Of a DNA stretch of 34,003 nucleotides, positions 33,483 to 34,003 are shown one piece after another (positions within the stretch are counted from its first letter, which is position 1; every line of letters begins with the position of its first letter). Made by a program: the position numbers and the translations under genes. This DNA is from Octopus bimaculoides (Eukaryota). The notes under the pieces were generated by a model that was not told the origin of the DNA, ran no database searches, and was given only the letters and a program-made list of their open reading frames with translations. The DNA is taken from the NCBI RefSeq assembly GCF_001194135.2, contig NC_068984.1, forward strand, positions 139,456,328 through 139,490,330. Reading direction: 5' to 3'.

Positions 33483-34003
33483 ATGCCCGGATGCAGTACC
33501 AGGCAGTGGCTCTCTTGGCTTCTAATCTTAATTGATTGGAAGTGTTATCATGTACATTGTTTTGTCTTGGTATAAAAAGATTAGCTACAGCAAATATTCT
33601 GCTTAATACCAAAGATTTGCTTGTCAGTTGTATGACCTTAACCAGTTGAGCATATCCCTTAGTGGCTTACGATATGTGCATCTCTGATCATGAGCAGAAG
33701 TAGTGGGGGAGCATCATAGCCATGTGTTGAGAGGAATTCTTTGGAGTTTGAATAATTCACCTTTGGAAACATGGGTGTTTTGCTCAACATCCTTAAACAG
33801 ACCTTATTCAGGGACCTTTTGAGCGGGATGGGCTACTGGACCTGAAGAAAATTCTAACTGGGCCCCACCTGCGAGGTCATGCGCTGTATATCTTGATATG
33901 AGATCACCATGTCGCGCACATGTGGTTGTGATGCATGTGCCTGGTGTACCCTTATCAGACAGGTAGTCATGATGGGTATAATGGGCTTCGTATATTTTAC
34001 CCC
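33481..34003. mobile_element. (AAT)n-flanked interspersed element, copy 2 (runs off the window)
   Basis: Starts AAATGCCCGGATGCAGTACCAGGCAGTGGC immediately after (AAT)n. Its 3' part aligns with copy 1. No coding signal found on either strand. Confidence 0.8.

Noticed and set aside
33238-33525. Poly-Lys ORF
   Set aside because: It is the translation of the (AAG)n microsatellite.

Overview
AT-rich, repeat-dense animal genomic DNA that is intronic or intergenic. About 5.6 kb (~16%) is N-gap, and most gaps are flanked by microsatellites. The tRNA-derived SINE families, microsatellite density and gap pattern resemble an Octopus (coleoid cephalopod) draft assembly; this is inference from recognition, not a search result. 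I find no complete protein-coding gene, rRNA, true tRNA, CRISPR array or prokaryotic system, and nearly all long ORFs in the track are artefacts of N-gaps or simple repeats. Supported content: about 20 SINE copies or fragments in at least 3 modular families; decayed non-LTR retrotransposon fragments (CR1/L2-like, RTE, R4/Dong, possibly Tx1); three Tc1/mariner remnants, including a TIR-complete 263-bp deletion derivative; and a tandem pair of an (AAT)n-flanked element. Best leads, all unproven: (1) an ORF at 12233 with a signal-peptide-like start followed by ten [Q/L]WG[R/S]ES repeats, resembling a Wamide neuropeptide precursor but possibly just a minisatellite; (2) a degenerate Penelope-type minimal hammerhead ribozyme at 16846-16893; (3) two long fold-back hairpins at 11171-11404 and 30272-30606; (4) isolated candidate exons, one resembling an FAD-binding oxidase motif; (5) a minus-strand bias of coding TE remnants.
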